Origin: Squalus acanthias
Taxonomy: Eukaryota
DNA: 64,000 nt
NCBI GenBank assembly: GCA_030390025.1
Contig: CM059432.1
Location: forward strand, 30,692,001-30,756,000
Direction: 5' to 3'
Every line of letters begins with the position of its first letter. The first letter of the stretch is position 1. Shown one piece after another: positions 37,189 through 49,181 of this stretch. The translations under genes and the position numbers were made by a program. A model generated the notes under the pieces. That model saw only the letters and a list, made by a program, of their open reading frames with translations, did no database searches and was not told the DNA's origin.

Positions 37189-37692
37189 GGCCTCGATTTT
37201 AAAAGGGGATGGGTATGGTGCACGCGAGCCCCGAAGCGGGTGACGAACTCAGGGAGTCTGTCGATGTGGAGATCTGTCCAATATTAACGGCCGGGCCTTG
37301 GTTGCATAAATTTTGCTGGAGCCCCGCCTGAATCTGGTCAGATCTAATGTCTGGCTGGCGGGCGGGGACGGGAATTCGGTGGCAGGAGGCGGCAGACAGG
37401 GACCCGTGGGAATGCTCCTGGCACACAAGGAAACCTAAAAAGAAATTAAAACTTATTTGCTGGGCCTCTTCTGGCCCACAACCCAGCTCCCGACAGGTTT
37501 GGCCAGACGGGGCCCCACCAATCAGGCCTCCAACTAAAATTGCAAGATCAGGTCCCGTTGACATCATCAGGCCCCTTCCTGCATGTGTACCGCTAGCCTG
37601 CTCAGAAGAGAAGGTTAACATCGGGACACGGAGGGAGGGCAGTGGCATCAGAGGGGGGGGGGAGTGACTGGCCTTATTTTAAAATAGGGGCC
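37189..37692. mobile_element. Harbinger-type MITE
   Basis: TIRs GGCCTCGATTTTAAAA / TTTTAAAATAGGGGCC; flanks GAT / AAT. Confidence 0.65.
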
Positions 37693-38321
37693 AATGCAGG
37701 CAGATTCATTTGCAATTGGTACTTTTTTTAGTGAACCTTTGTGTTTATCAAGTTGGGGAATGCATTAAAAAATGTAAAGGGTTGAAATGGAATTCTTGCA
37801 TAAAGGATTAAAATCCCTTCGGGCAGCCAATACTAAAAAGTTATCTGTAGAATGGATCTGAAAGCTGGCTGACCTGTCATTGGTACAGAGGATGTTGAAC
37901 GTCTCAGACATAGAATTAAGAAGGGAAAGTTAAACAGCCGCTTGAGAAATCAGCCTCGTCACAAGTAAATGCCAAGCTCGTTGATCAAATCCCTATTAAT
38001 TAAATTGTTTAGTAGAGAGTGAAGAAAAACTTTGGACTGCTACCAGCACTCACATCAATTTTAAAGGCCAACTAAATTTAGCCATAATTAGTAGTTTTAT
38101 TACCACACTGTGATTTATTCTGACTGAAACATTAAACATTCTGAATTCAGAAATGGCACATCTAAAAAATTATGAAACTCAACTGTTGAATATCAATAAG
38201 TAACGGCTGCTCTAAATTATCAAAGGTGTGCATTACAAGGATTTTTTGGTGGGATTTTTTTTATTGAGGCCAGTTTCAGGGAGTGTGCCACATGTGTTCT
38301 TTTAGTTAAAAGGCTTTAAGT

Positions 38322-38692
38322 AAGGCTGGTGTTCAAAATCACGAGGGGTCTAGACAGAGTAGGTAGAGATAAACTGTTCCCATTGGCGGAAGGGTCGAGA
38401 ACCAGAGGACACAGATTTAAGGTGATTGGCAGAATATCCAAAGGCGACATGAGGAAGAACTTTTTTACGCAGCGAGTGTTTAGGATCTGGAATACACTGC
38501 CTGAAAGGGTGGTGGAGGCAGATTCAATCGTGACTTTCAAAAGGGAATTGGATAAGCACCTGAAGGAAAAAAGATTGCAGGGCTGCGGGGGAGTGGGATG
38601 AGCTGAAGTGCTCTTGCACGAAGCGGGCACGGGCTCGACGGGCCGAATGGCCTCCTACTGTGCTGTAACAATGCTATGATTCTATGATTCTA
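38322..38692 (+). mobile_element. CR1 3' end
   Basis: ORF 38329-38601 with KNFFTQRVFRIWNTLPE; ATTCTATG-type tail. Confidence 0.9.
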
Positions 38693-38759
38693 AGTAAGTT
38701 GCTGAATACGTTTAAAAAACATTTTGAAATTCCCATATGCTTCTATAAGTAACTTTTAT

Positions 38760-39690
38760 TAACCTGCAGCCTTTGACACGGTTGACCAGGGTTGACCACA
38801 CACCACCTTCCTCCAACGCCTCTCCTCTGCCTTCCAGCTGGGTGGAACTTCACTCACCTGGTTCCATTATTATCTATCCAGTTGTAGCCAGAGCATTACC
38901 TGCAATGGCTTCTCTTCGTGCTCTTGCACCGTTACCTCTGGAGTCCCCCAAGGATCTATCTAAATTGTCAGACTGTTTATCTGATATGGGTATGGTAGCA
39001 TAGTGGTTATATTACTGGACTAATAATCCAGAGGACTAATGATCCAGAGACATGAGTTCAAATCCCACCACGGCAGCTGGGGAATTTAAATTCAATTAAA
39101 TAAATCTGGAATAAAAAGCATCAAGTATCAGTAAGGGTGACCATGAAACTACCATCTGGTTTACTAATGCCCTTATATAGGGAAGGAAATCTGCTGTCCT
39201 TACCTGCTCTGGCCTATGTGTGGCTCCAGACCCCCAGACCCACAGCAATGTGGTTGACTCTTAACTGCCCTCTGAAATGGCCAAGCAACTATCTAACCTC
39301 TACAAAGAAGTGGTTCAAGAAGGTGGCTCACCACCACCTTCAAGGGCAATTAGGAATGGGCAATAAATGCTGGCTTTTCCAGTGATGCCCACATCCTATG
39401 AACGAATAAAAAAAAAAATCCAGTACTCAAGGAAAAATTTCCTCCAACTAAATATTGGGAAGACCGAAGCCATTGTCTTCGGACCCCACCACAAACTTCA
39501 TTCCTTAGCTACCAACTCCATCCCTCTTCCTGGCAACTGTTCGAGGCTGAACCAGACTATTGCAACCTTGGTCTCGTATTTGACTCCAAGAGGGGCTTCC
39601 GACCATATATCCGCGACATCACTGAGACCGCCGTAACATCTGCTGCTGAAACCCTCATCTATGCCTTTGTTACATCTAGACTTGAATATT
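38760..39690 (+). mobile_element. Internally deleted L2 fragment hosting a SINE
   Basis: Matches the reverse complement of parts of 8980-10416; NFLQLNIGKTEAIVFGP. Confidence 0.8.
38988..39417 (+). mobile_element. tRNA-headed SINE made of the 5' and 3' ends of the LINE at 59065-62190
   Basis: A-box TAGCATAGTGG (38996-39006); B-box AGTTCAAATCC (39055-39065); LINE 3' end and poly(A); host L2 rejoins with AT duplicated. Confidence 0.85.
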
Positions 39691-39699
39691 TGTCTATAC

Positions 39700-40449
39700 C
39701 GTTTGGGGGCGGTAACTGAATTATCGCCGGAGATTTAGTGCCTGGCGCGGGAGTACCGCCCTGCCTGCTAAATTCGGCTTACCGCCCAAGCGAGGAAGAA
39801 GAGCGCTATCTTGGGCGCGCCACTTCCTCTCGGGACGGTGTTAGGGGCGCCAAGGACGGTAGCGCCGGAGCGTTACACGGCTGCTCCGCATAACACTGAT
39901 GCGTTTCAGAGCCCCTCCCCTTCCGTTAAAGGGGAGGGTCGCTGCGAGCTCTGCAGGGCCTCCGATGGCCCACACTAGCCCACCAGGGTGCCGTGGCTGC
40001 AGCCCGGCACCGAGACGTGGTGGCAGCCACAGATCATGCCGAGAGCCGACCTAGATGTCAGCCAAAAAAAATAAAATGGCGGCACGGGTCGCGGCTTCAC
40101 CTCCCTTTAATTAGTGCCCCGCGAGCGGAGGTTGGCCCAGCTCACAACCAGCAAGGCTGGTGCTGGCAGCCTCGTGGGGCACAGCCAAACTTTTGCCGCG
40201 GGGTGGTAAGGGGTCGCAGCAGGGCGCTATGGGGTCGTGGCGCATGGCGATGATGTCATCGCCAGCGGTGCAGTGGCCCGGGGTGCTACTGGCGGGGGCA
40301 TGGCGCTATCAGCTAGCGCCTCAGTCGCGCCCCGTCGAATTTCTCGGGAGTCGCTATTAGCGCCCCTGCCCAGGCGATAAGCCCTTTGCGCCCGTTAGCG
40401 CCCCCCAGAGGTGCTAATGGCAGGCACAAAGGAGCCGAATTTTGCGGCC
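39700..40449. mobile_element. GC-rich Harbinger-type non-autonomous element with one terminus retained
   Basis: Right end GAATTTTGCGGCC then TAA; repeated TAGCGCC/GGCGCTA motifs as in the Harbinger subtermini at 29200-29418 and 34030-34216. Confidence 0.6.
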
Positions 40450-40744
40450 TAAATGTTTTCACACAGGTCCAGTGCACGACACCACCAAGGTGGCAGTGAG
40501 TAAGTCATAAGATGAGTTAGAACAAGAAGTAGTGATCATGGTGACACTAAAGCCCCAAATTTCACCTAACTTACTCGGCAGGAATGGGGCGGGTTGGGGT
40601 CAGGCGCCGTTTTGCACCCCATCCGATCTTACTCTTATAACTGGGCAGGTTAGGTTAAAGTCAGGGCTGCAGCTTTAGTTTTAAAAGCCTTTAGATTGTA
40701 AGAAGATGCGAAGACTGAGGGGTTAAGGAGTTCCTGGGAAACAA

Positions 40745-41710
40745 TAAGTTACATAGTATTACATAATATTTGGCCCAACAGGTCTATACCGGTGTATATG
40801 CTCCACTCGAGCCTCCTCCCACCTTACTTCATCTATCAACATTTTTTTTCTATTCTTTTCTCCCTCATCTAGTTATTTAGCTTTCCCTCAAATACATCTA
40901 CCATGTCGCCTCAACTGCTCCCTGTGGTAGCAAGTTCATATTCTAACCACTCTCTGAGTAAAGAAGTTTCTCCTGAATTCCGAATTGGATTTATTAGTGA
41001 CTATCTTATATTTATGGCCCCTAGTTTTGGGCTCCCTCAGAATTGGAATCATCTTCTCTACATCTACCTTATCGAACCCCTTCATAATTTTAAAGACCTC
41101 TTTATGGTCACGCCTCAGCCTTCAGTTTTCTAGAGAAAAAAGTCCCAGTCTGTTCAGTCTTTCCTGATAGATATAACCTCTCAGTTCTGGTATCACCCTT
41201 GTAAATCTTTTTGCCACCTTCTCAAGTGCTTCTATATCCCTTTTGTAATATGGAGACCAGAATTGAGCACAATACTTTAAGTGTGATCGAACCAAGGTTC
41301 CATATAAGTTTATCATAACTTCACTGCTCTTGAATTATATTCCTCTAAAAATTAATCTGTGCTAGGTTTGCATTTTTTATGGCTTTGTTAACCTGCATTG
41401 CTACTTTTAATGATTTGTGAATCTGCACCTCTAGATCCCTTTGCTCCTCTACCCCATTTAGAGTCCTATTTTCCAAGTAGTATGTGGCCTTCTTATTCCT
41501 CCTACCAAAATGCATTACCTTGCACTGATCTATATTGAAATTCATTTGGCATTAACATGCCAGTTCCGCAAGTTTGTTAACGTCTTCTTGTTTTTTGCCA
41601 CAGTTTTCCTCAGTATTAACTATACACTCCAATTTGGTGCCGTTCGCAAATTTTGATGTTGTACTTCCGAATCCCGAGTCCAAATCACTTATGTAAATGG
41701 TGAACAAACT
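40745..41710 (-). mobile_element. Old CR1 fragment
   Basis: LVRSHLKYCAQFWSPYY; CKVMHFGRRN. Confidence 0.85.
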
Positions 41711-42233
41711 GTTTGGGGGATGAGAAGTATATGACCCCCAGATTTTTCCTTCCGCTGACTACATATTCCAAATTCCTCTGATGGCCCTCCCCAACTCGCT
41801 GTATATGGTTGCACCTCTGGGAGGGTTGGGGCCGGTGCAGGGGAGGTGGGGTGGTGAATGTAGAAGATTCAAACTAATGTTCAGAGGGAGAATCCTGGCA
41901 GAAATCCGACCCTATTATATTTTTAAAAACCCAGTGTGCTGCCCAATCACAATTATTAAACCGTTACATACTTGCTTCTGTCTGAATCAGAAACACATGT
42001 TCATTAACCAGCACTTCTCATGAAAGTAATCTGACTTGCGAATGAGTGACCACCTTTAAAACCTCAAGCCCTGGTTAACATCTGCTCTCCAAGGTACAGG
42101 CTTGAGAGTGATGGCAGCCATTGATGAGAATATTAAAAGGAGGTGGAACAAACTGAATGTTGAGACATTTCGATCAGTATTATAACAGTGGGGAAGCAAT
42201 TGAACTGTAGACAGTATCAGAAACAGATACATT

Positions 42234-42370
42234 GGGGGTGAAATTCCTCTTAGGTGGGAGCACAAAATGCACGATAGCGAATCAGCAGCCTGATTCGGGT
42301 GGAGTTTAAAATGGGCTGCCGATACACTTTCACCCCTTTTGCAAGACCACCCAAGATTCATTTTGCCCCC
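42234..42370. mobile_element. 137-bp MITE
   Basis: TIRs GGGGGTGAAATT / ATTTTGCCCCC; TSD ATT. Confidence 0.65.
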
Positions 42371-43702
42371 ATTGATTCTTTTTGCCTGCTATTTTAGCAA
42401 ATCTTTTATTTTAAATGGGTTAACTCCTTTGTTGAAGTGGCAGAAGAGCAGTTTCATCTGGACGTGTCAATGCATATCAGACCTTGCAATTTTAACCCCA
42501 GTGTTATGTACATGGGTCGGCAACATGGTGCCACCAATGTGAGACTCTGTGGCTGGTTCTGAAGTGCTCATGTGCTACAGCCATGTTCTACAAAACAGGC
42601 CTATTGCTGGCAGCTTCATATCCAACAATCAAAATGCTTTGGGAAAAGAAACCCCTGACTCCTCCACCCTCACCTCCAACAACAAGTGCGAGGAGCTCAT
42701 GGACTTCTTTGTCACTAAGATTGAGACCATCCAATCAGCTGCCTCTGCCACTTCCCTCCCTTCCCCTAGCCCACCAGGCCAAACTTCCTCTCAGGTACCT
42801 CCCTGTCCTAACCCTGAACTTGCATCTTTGTCTAGTTTCTCTCCTATCTCCCCTCATGCCCTCTCCAAGCTCATGAGACCCACTTCCTGCTCCCTCGACC
42901 TTATTCCCACTAAACCGCTGACCACCCAACTTCCCTTCCTGGCTCCCATGTTAGCTCATATTGTGGTCAGAGCTCATCTTGTGGTCAAATATGACAAAAG
43001 GTTGCGAACAGTCTGGTTCAGCCTCGGACAGTTGCTGATACTGTTAATGGTTCTCTCTCCTCAGGTACTATCCCTCTGTCCCTCAAATCTGCCATCATCA
43101 CCTCTCTCCTCAAAAAAACAACCCTTGACCCCTCCGTCCTTGCAAACTACCTGCTCATCTCCAACTTCCCTTTCCTCTCCAAAGTTGTTGTCACCTCCCA
43201 AATCCGAGCCCATCTTTCCCAGAACTCCATGTTTGAATCCCTCCAATCAGGTTTCTGCCCTTGCCACAGTACCAAAACGGCTCTTATCAAAGTCACAAAT
43301 GACATCCTATGTGACTGTGACAAAGGTAAACTATGCCTCCTCATCCTTCTCGACCTGTCTGCAGCCTTTGACACAGTTGACTACACCATCCTCCTCCGAA
43401 GCCATTTTCTTTGGTCCCTGCCACAAACTCCGTTCCCTAGCCACCGACTCCATCCCTCTCCCTGGCAACTGTCCGAGGCTGAACCAGACTGTTCGCAACC
43501 TTGGTGTCATATTTGACCCCAAGATGAGCTTCTGACCACATAGCTGTGTCATCACTAAGACCGTCTATTTCCACCTCCATAACATGGCCCGACTCCATCT
43601 CTGCCTCAGCTCATTTGCTGCTGAAACACTCATCCATGCCTTTGTTACCTCTATGAGAAGTTGCACAACACCAGGTTATAGTCCAACAGTTTTATTTGAA
43701 AT

Positions 43703-43737
43703 TACGAGCTTTCAGAGCGCTGCTCCTTCGTCAGGTA
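43703..43737 (-). ncRNA. Minimal hammerhead ribozyme motif in the Penelope 3' terminal repeat
   Basis: UAC-CUGACGA-A-GGAGC(AGC)GCUCU-GAAA-GC-UC-GUA. Confidence 0.75.
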
Positions 43738-43956
43738 CAGTGAGGGAATACAAATCGATTACACAGTATATATAGACAGAGAACAATGTGTCTGCAGAGA
43801 TACAATCCGTCAGGGAGGCATTACATCAAAGACACAGCAGAGTACAGCTAAGACAATGAGGTGGGTCACAGGGGGTCCAACGTGTCAAATGCTGCAGTCT
43901 GCAGTTAAGCTTTTAACTTTTTTTTTAAAACTGGAAAACCAGACAACGATGTCGAG

Positions 43957-45053
43957 TCACGTTCTGTAGCGTGACATGAAACTGAGATCCCGGTTGAGGC
44001 TGTCCTCATGGGTTCGAAACTTGGCTATCAGTTTCTGCTCGATGATTTTGCGTTGTCGTGTGTCTCGAAGGCCGCCTTGGAGAGCGCTAACCCGCAGATC
44101 AGAGGCTGAATGTTCTTGACTGCTGAAGTGTTCCCCGACTGGGAGGTAACAATCCTGCCTGTCGATTGTTGCGCGGTATCCGTTCATACATTGTCTCAGT
44201 GTCTGCATGGTCTCGCTGATGTACCATGCCGCGGTGCATTCTTTCCTGCAACGTATGAGGTAGACAACGTTGGCCGAGTCACATGAGTATGTACCATGTA
44301 CCTGGTGGGTAGTGTCCTCACGTGTGATGATGGTATCTGTGTTGATGATCTGGCATGTCTTGCAGAGGTTGCCGTGGCAGGGTTGTGTGGTGTCGTGGTC
44401 GCTGTTCTCCTGAAAGCTGGGTAATTTGCTGCGAACGATGGTACTTTTGAGGTTAGGTGGCTGCTTGAAGGCGAGTAGTGGAGGCGTGGGGATGGCCTTA
44501 GCGAGGTGTTCGTCGTCATCGATGACATGTTGAAGGCTGCGAAGAACATGGCGTAGTTTCTCCGCTCCGGGGAAGTACTGGGCGATGTAGGGTACTCTGT
44601 TGGTTGTGTCCCGTGTTCGCCTTCTGAGGAGGTCTATGCGATTTTTCGCTGTGGCCCGTCGGAACTGTCGATCGACGAGTCGAGCATCATATCCCGTTCT
44701 TATGAGGGCGTCTTTCAGCGTCCGTAGGTGTCCATCGCGTTCCTCCTCGTCTGAGCAGATCCTGTGTATTCGCAGGGCTTGTCCATAGGGGATGGCTTCT
44801 TTAACGTGGTTAGGGTGGAAGCAGGAGAAGTGGAGCATCGTGAGGTTGTCCATGGGCTTGCGGTAGAGTGAAGTGCTGAGGTGTCCATCTTTGATGGAGA
44901 TTCGTGTGCCCAAGAATGAAACCGATTCTGAGGAGTAGTCCATGGTGAGTTTGATGGTGGGATGGAACCTGTTGATGTTATCGTGTAGTCCTTTCAGTGA
45001 TCCTTCGCCATGGGTCCAAAGGAAGAAGATGTCGTCGATGTATCTGGTGTACA
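43957..45053 (-). CDS. Penelope RT C-terminus and GIY-YIG endonuclease (partial, 365 aa open)
   Basis: RYIDDIF, TSLYRKP, IPYGQALRIHRICS, C..LCKTC, NVVYLIRCRKEC...YISET, GEHF; some GIY-YIG residues look mutated (YIGET to YISET). Confidence 0.88.
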
Positions 45054-45079
45054 TTTGTTACCTCTAGACAACTATTCCC

Positions 45080-45180
45080 ACACACTGTTCTGACGAAAGA
45101 TCATCGACCTGAAACATTAATGTTTCGCTCTCCACAGATGCTGCCTGACCTACTGCGTATTTCCAGCATTTTCTGTTTTT
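45080..45180 (+). mobile_element. Penelope family-2 terminal fragment with degenerate hammerhead, inserted in L2
   Basis: GTTCTGACGAAAGATCATCGACCTGAAACATTAA...; TATTCC on both flanks. Confidence 0.7.
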
Positions 45181-45680
45181 ATTCCAACACACTCCTGGCC
45201 GGCCTCCCACGTTCTACCCTCCATAAACTTGAGGTCAGCCAAAACTCGGCTGCCCGTGTCCTATCTCGCACCAAGTCCCATTTACCCATCACCCCTGTTC
45301 TCGCTGACCTACATTGGCTCCCGGTTAAGCAACACCTCAATTATAAAATTCTCATACCTGTTTTCAAATCTCTCCATGACCTCGCCCCTCCCTATCTCTC
45401 TAATCTCCTCCAGTCCCACAGCCCTTTGACTTATCTGTGCTCCTCTTATTCTGGCCTCTTGAGCATCCCTGATTCGAATCGCTCACCCATTGGTGGCCAT
45501 GCCTTCAGTTGCCTAGGCTCTAAACTCTGGAATTCCCTCTCTAAGCCTCTCCGCCTCTCTACCTCTCTTTCCTCCTTTAAGACGCTTCTTAAAACCTACC
45601 TCTTGTGAAGTGCCTTGGGATGTTTTATTACATTAAAGGCGCTATATAAATACAAGTTGTTGTTGGATGTCACAGTGAGG

Positions 45681-46152
45681 TAAAAAGAAAGATTTGCATT
45701 TATATAACACCTTTCACAACCACTGGACGTCCCAAAGCACTTTATAGCCAATGAAGCACGTTTTTGAAGTGGAGTTACTGTTGTAATGTCGGAAACACGG
45801 CAGGCAATTTGTGCACAGCAAGCTTCCACAAACAGCAATGTGATAATGACCAGATAATCTGTTTTTGTTATGTTGATTACGGGATAAATATTGGCCAGAA
45901 CACCAGGGATAACTCTCCTGCTCTTCTTGGAAATAGTGCCATGGGATCTTTTACATCCACCTGAGAGGGCAGACGGGGCCTCGGTTTAACGTCTCATCCA
46001 AAAGACGGCACCTCCGACAGTGCAACATTCCCCCAGCACTGCACTGGAGTGTCAGCCTAGATTTTTCTGCTCAAGTCTCTGGAGTGGGACTATGAACCCA
46101 CAACCTTCTGACTCAGAGGCGAGTGTGCTACCAACTGAGCCACTGCTGACAC
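45681..46152 (-). mobile_element. Full-length Deu-domain tRNA SINE
   Basis: A/B boxes, Deu core and tail; closely similar to 21853-22319. Confidence 0.9.
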
Positions 46153-46693
46153 AGTAAATCCATGATCCTTGGCTCACAATCAGCAGACTGCACTCAATGG
46201 AAGTGCAAGTCAGAGATAGTGCTACAAAATTGTAGCCCCAATACCCCAACCCACACCCCCATTGAGCATATGATCGTGAATTTACACCCTTTAGATCACG
46301 TCACTTCATAACTGTAATTGGTGTGACGCCATCACATGATGAAATCCCTTGACAGCAATCAATTTCCTGTTTTCAAAATATCTAATTCTACCATCTTCCC
46401 ATTACAACACTTAGGCCTAGAAATTGGATAAGGCCCAAAAACGGGGGTGGGGTCCCGGCCAGTGCTATTTGCCTGTGCCTCTTCTAAGTGGTGCAGGCAG
46501 CACGCAAAATTCAAGCTTTTTGCGCCGTAACATGATTGGCGCGCTGATCTCAGCACTAAACGTGCAGCTGATTGGCTTAGTGCTCAACGGGGGAGCCAAT
46601 ATCGGGTGCATTCTAATGGCCAATAAAGTTTGGCCTCAGCTCTCTCCACTACTCAAAGGACAGGTGCTTTGTTGCAGAAGCACCTCATTGTCA

Positions 46694-48522
46694 ATGGCCC
46701 AACAACCAAGAGGCAGAGACAGACGATTATCCGATGCTGCGCTGGAGGCCTTGGTCCTGGGGGGTCCAACAAAGGTGGTCTGTCCTTTACCCGCAGGGAG
46801 GCAAGACACCATCCAACCTCGTCAGCAGAAGGATTTGGGAGGAGATCGCACAATCCGTTACGGCCACCAGTGTTGTCCCAAGGACCTGGATTCAGTGGCG
46901 CAAAAAGTTTAATGACCTCACACGGCTATTCAAGGTGAGTGAAGGCTTCAGCAAATGCCATATCCCACCATCTGCACCACAAACCTCACACACTGCTCAA
47001 TGCATTATACGCCCATCGATCACCTACCAACAATCTCTAGCTATCACCACTCATACCTCACAATCAAGGCTTCACTTCACCCTCACTAATTACCACTGCT
47101 GCAACACTCACACCCACATCTCACACCTTGCACACACTGACAATTATTCAACCATGACAGGCACATCATCCAAACACATTTCACCACACACACTTCCCTT
47201 TCTCTTGCAGGCAAAGATGGCACAGAACAGACCTGAGCAACAACAGATCGGAGGCAGCCAAGCCAGGATTGAGATCCTGACTGACCTCGAGGAATCCACC
47301 TTTGAAATTATTGGAGGGGCAGTAACAGAGTCCGTGGCCAGCGGTGAAGTTGAAACCATTGCTGATGATGACGGTATGGTCATACCTAATCCTTCTTCTC
47401 ACATCCCACTTCCCCCTCACCCCACAATTTCTTCTCACTTATAAGCTGCTGATGGTGTATGAGTGGATATCTTGCTTTCCTCCCTCCCCTCACCACAACC
47501 CAACCCTTGCGCCTTTCTGCTTTCAGATACCCAAGAAGTGCCACCAGCACAGCCTATCCCTTATCATCATTAACAAACTGATGGAGGAGACGAAGAAGAA
47601 GAAGATGAAGAAGAAATACCAGCAGGGAATTTGACACTTGCAGACACCAGCTCAGAAAATGGCATTGTGCACTTTAGAGGCGGGATCTGCACATGGTGAG
47701 TCACTTGGAATGAGTGGGCTGCAGCCAGGCCAGGGAGAAAGGGTAGCTATGGTGTCAGCTTCCCGGTGGGCGATTTCACGCACGTGTTCTGCTCCACAGG
47801 ACTCAGATGGTGACCTCGAAGGGGCGGACTTCAGAAGAAGGGCGATGAGCATACACACGGAAATGCTGGGTGCAATGGCAAGCCTGCCAGAGAGCCTCTT
47901 GTCAGTGTCAAGGAGCATAGAGGAATCCAGCTCCAACATTGCACGGGGCTTTGCTCAGAGCTTGCAACCCATTATTTCCAGGATGAAAATGATGTACAAC
48001 TCCAGGAGAGACCTTCTGGACCCACGGATGATGCTGGGTGTGATGGGTGATCTTGCAGCTTCCATTACAGCACAGGTGGAAGTGACCCAACATCTCACTT
48101 CTGCAGTGGAAGCTCAGATTGCTGCCATCATCGCTGGGTTTATGAGTCTCGAAAGGGTGTCGCAGCAGTCCAGCAATCTGTCCTCCAGCAGATTGCTAGG
48201 AATGCTGAGGTGCTGCCGCTGGAGAGTGGCAGTGTGTCTGGAGCAAGAACCTGCTGTCCTCTCTCAGGAGGACAGCATTCCTACTCCCACCACTGCCACT
48301 GCGCCATTGCCTACTAGCCAGCCAGCCTAGACTATTGCCGCCCATTCCGAGGTGGTGCATCTATAGCTGGGCCTTCTAGGTCCAGAGCTGGTCGAGGTCA
48401 TCCTGGAAGGCCATCTGTAGTCTCCCCCACTGAAAGTCAGCCACTGGGTGAGCACTGCGAGTACTAGAGTAGGTAAAGGCACACGAAAGACAGCCACGAA
48501 GGGAATACACAAGGGTGAATAG
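46694..48522 (+). pseudogene. Harbinger Myb/SANT-like gene (exons ~46694-46934, 47211-47373, 47527-48522), frameshifted
   Basis: LSDAALEALV...IWEEIAQSVTATSVVPRTWIQWRKKFNDL; GT-AG introns at positions equivalent to those in 24731-26543. Confidence 0.82.
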
Positions 48523-48654
48523 TTGAGATTGTCATTGTGATTGGATCTTGATAAATTTATCAATTTTGTTGGAATGTGTGTTTTGTAGTGGCTCTCATTT
48601 CAGCTTTGTGCCCAGGAGGACGCTGTGATATTCCATGACAGAGGGATGGTAAGA

Positions 48655-49181
48655 TGTGTGTGCAGTCGATAGTGTCCTGCAGCATGGGAAGGCCGCTATC
48701 CTGGCAAAGCCACATGCACGCTCATCCTGCTTCTCTCTGTTCAGAGAGAAAACAAAGAAGTCCCTTCTCCTGGAGCAGAGAACCTCTGTGACCTCCCGGA
48801 TGCAGCGATGGACGGCGAACTGTGAGATGTTAGCTATGTCTCCTGCTGCAGACTGGAAGGATCCGATGGCAAAAAAATTGACCTTGAGGGCCACTGGGAG
48901 AGCCTTGGTCACTGTTCTCTGAGGCTGCAGGTCTGGTTGCAGGAGGTGGCAGTGTTCTGTGACCAGCTCCTTGGTGAAGCGGAACCACCTAATACACTGC
49001 TCCTGGCTTAAGTGCAGATAAGAGAAGTGCTCTCGGAAGACCCTAGGTGGATAAGGCCTCCTGCTGAGAACCCTCCTGGCCCCACTCCTCCTCCCTCTGC
49101 GAGTATCTTCTCCTCTTCTTCGCTGCCTCTGATGTCCCAATGATACTCGAGCGAGAGGGGGACTGCAAGTAGAGCCCCTAT
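48655..49181 (-). pseudogene. Harbinger transposase, N-terminal part only
   Basis: RRPYPPRVFREH, GSFQSAAGD, then TIDCTH joined directly to 3' UTR-like sequence. Confidence 0.85.

Larger units (their letters stand above)
43654..45053 (-). mobile_element. 5'-truncated Penelope-like element, family 1
   Basis: 13-bp TSD TTTGTTACCTCTA (43641-43653, 45054-45066); RT and GIY-YIG ORF; hammerhead-bearing 3' end. Confidence 0.93.
42650..45668 (+). mobile_element. Rearranged L2 LINE with RT core deleted, hosting Penelope insertions
   Basis: QSGF...HSTKTAL, LDLSAAFDTVD, PITPVLADLHWLPV, FKTLLKTYL; tail GGCGCTATATAAATACAAGTTGTTGTTG. Confidence 0.88.

Noticed and set aside
38996..39070. tRNA gene
   Set aside because: A/B boxes only, no complete cloverleaf, and it continues into SINE/LINE body; the same applies to 62140-62190 and the Deu-SINE heads
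42549..43535. 328-aa Ser/Pro-rich ORF
   Set aside because: Read-through of rearranged L2 sequence, partly out of frame
44997..45608. 203-aa ORF
   Set aside because: Chimera of antisense Penelope, a Penelope tail and the L2 C-terminus
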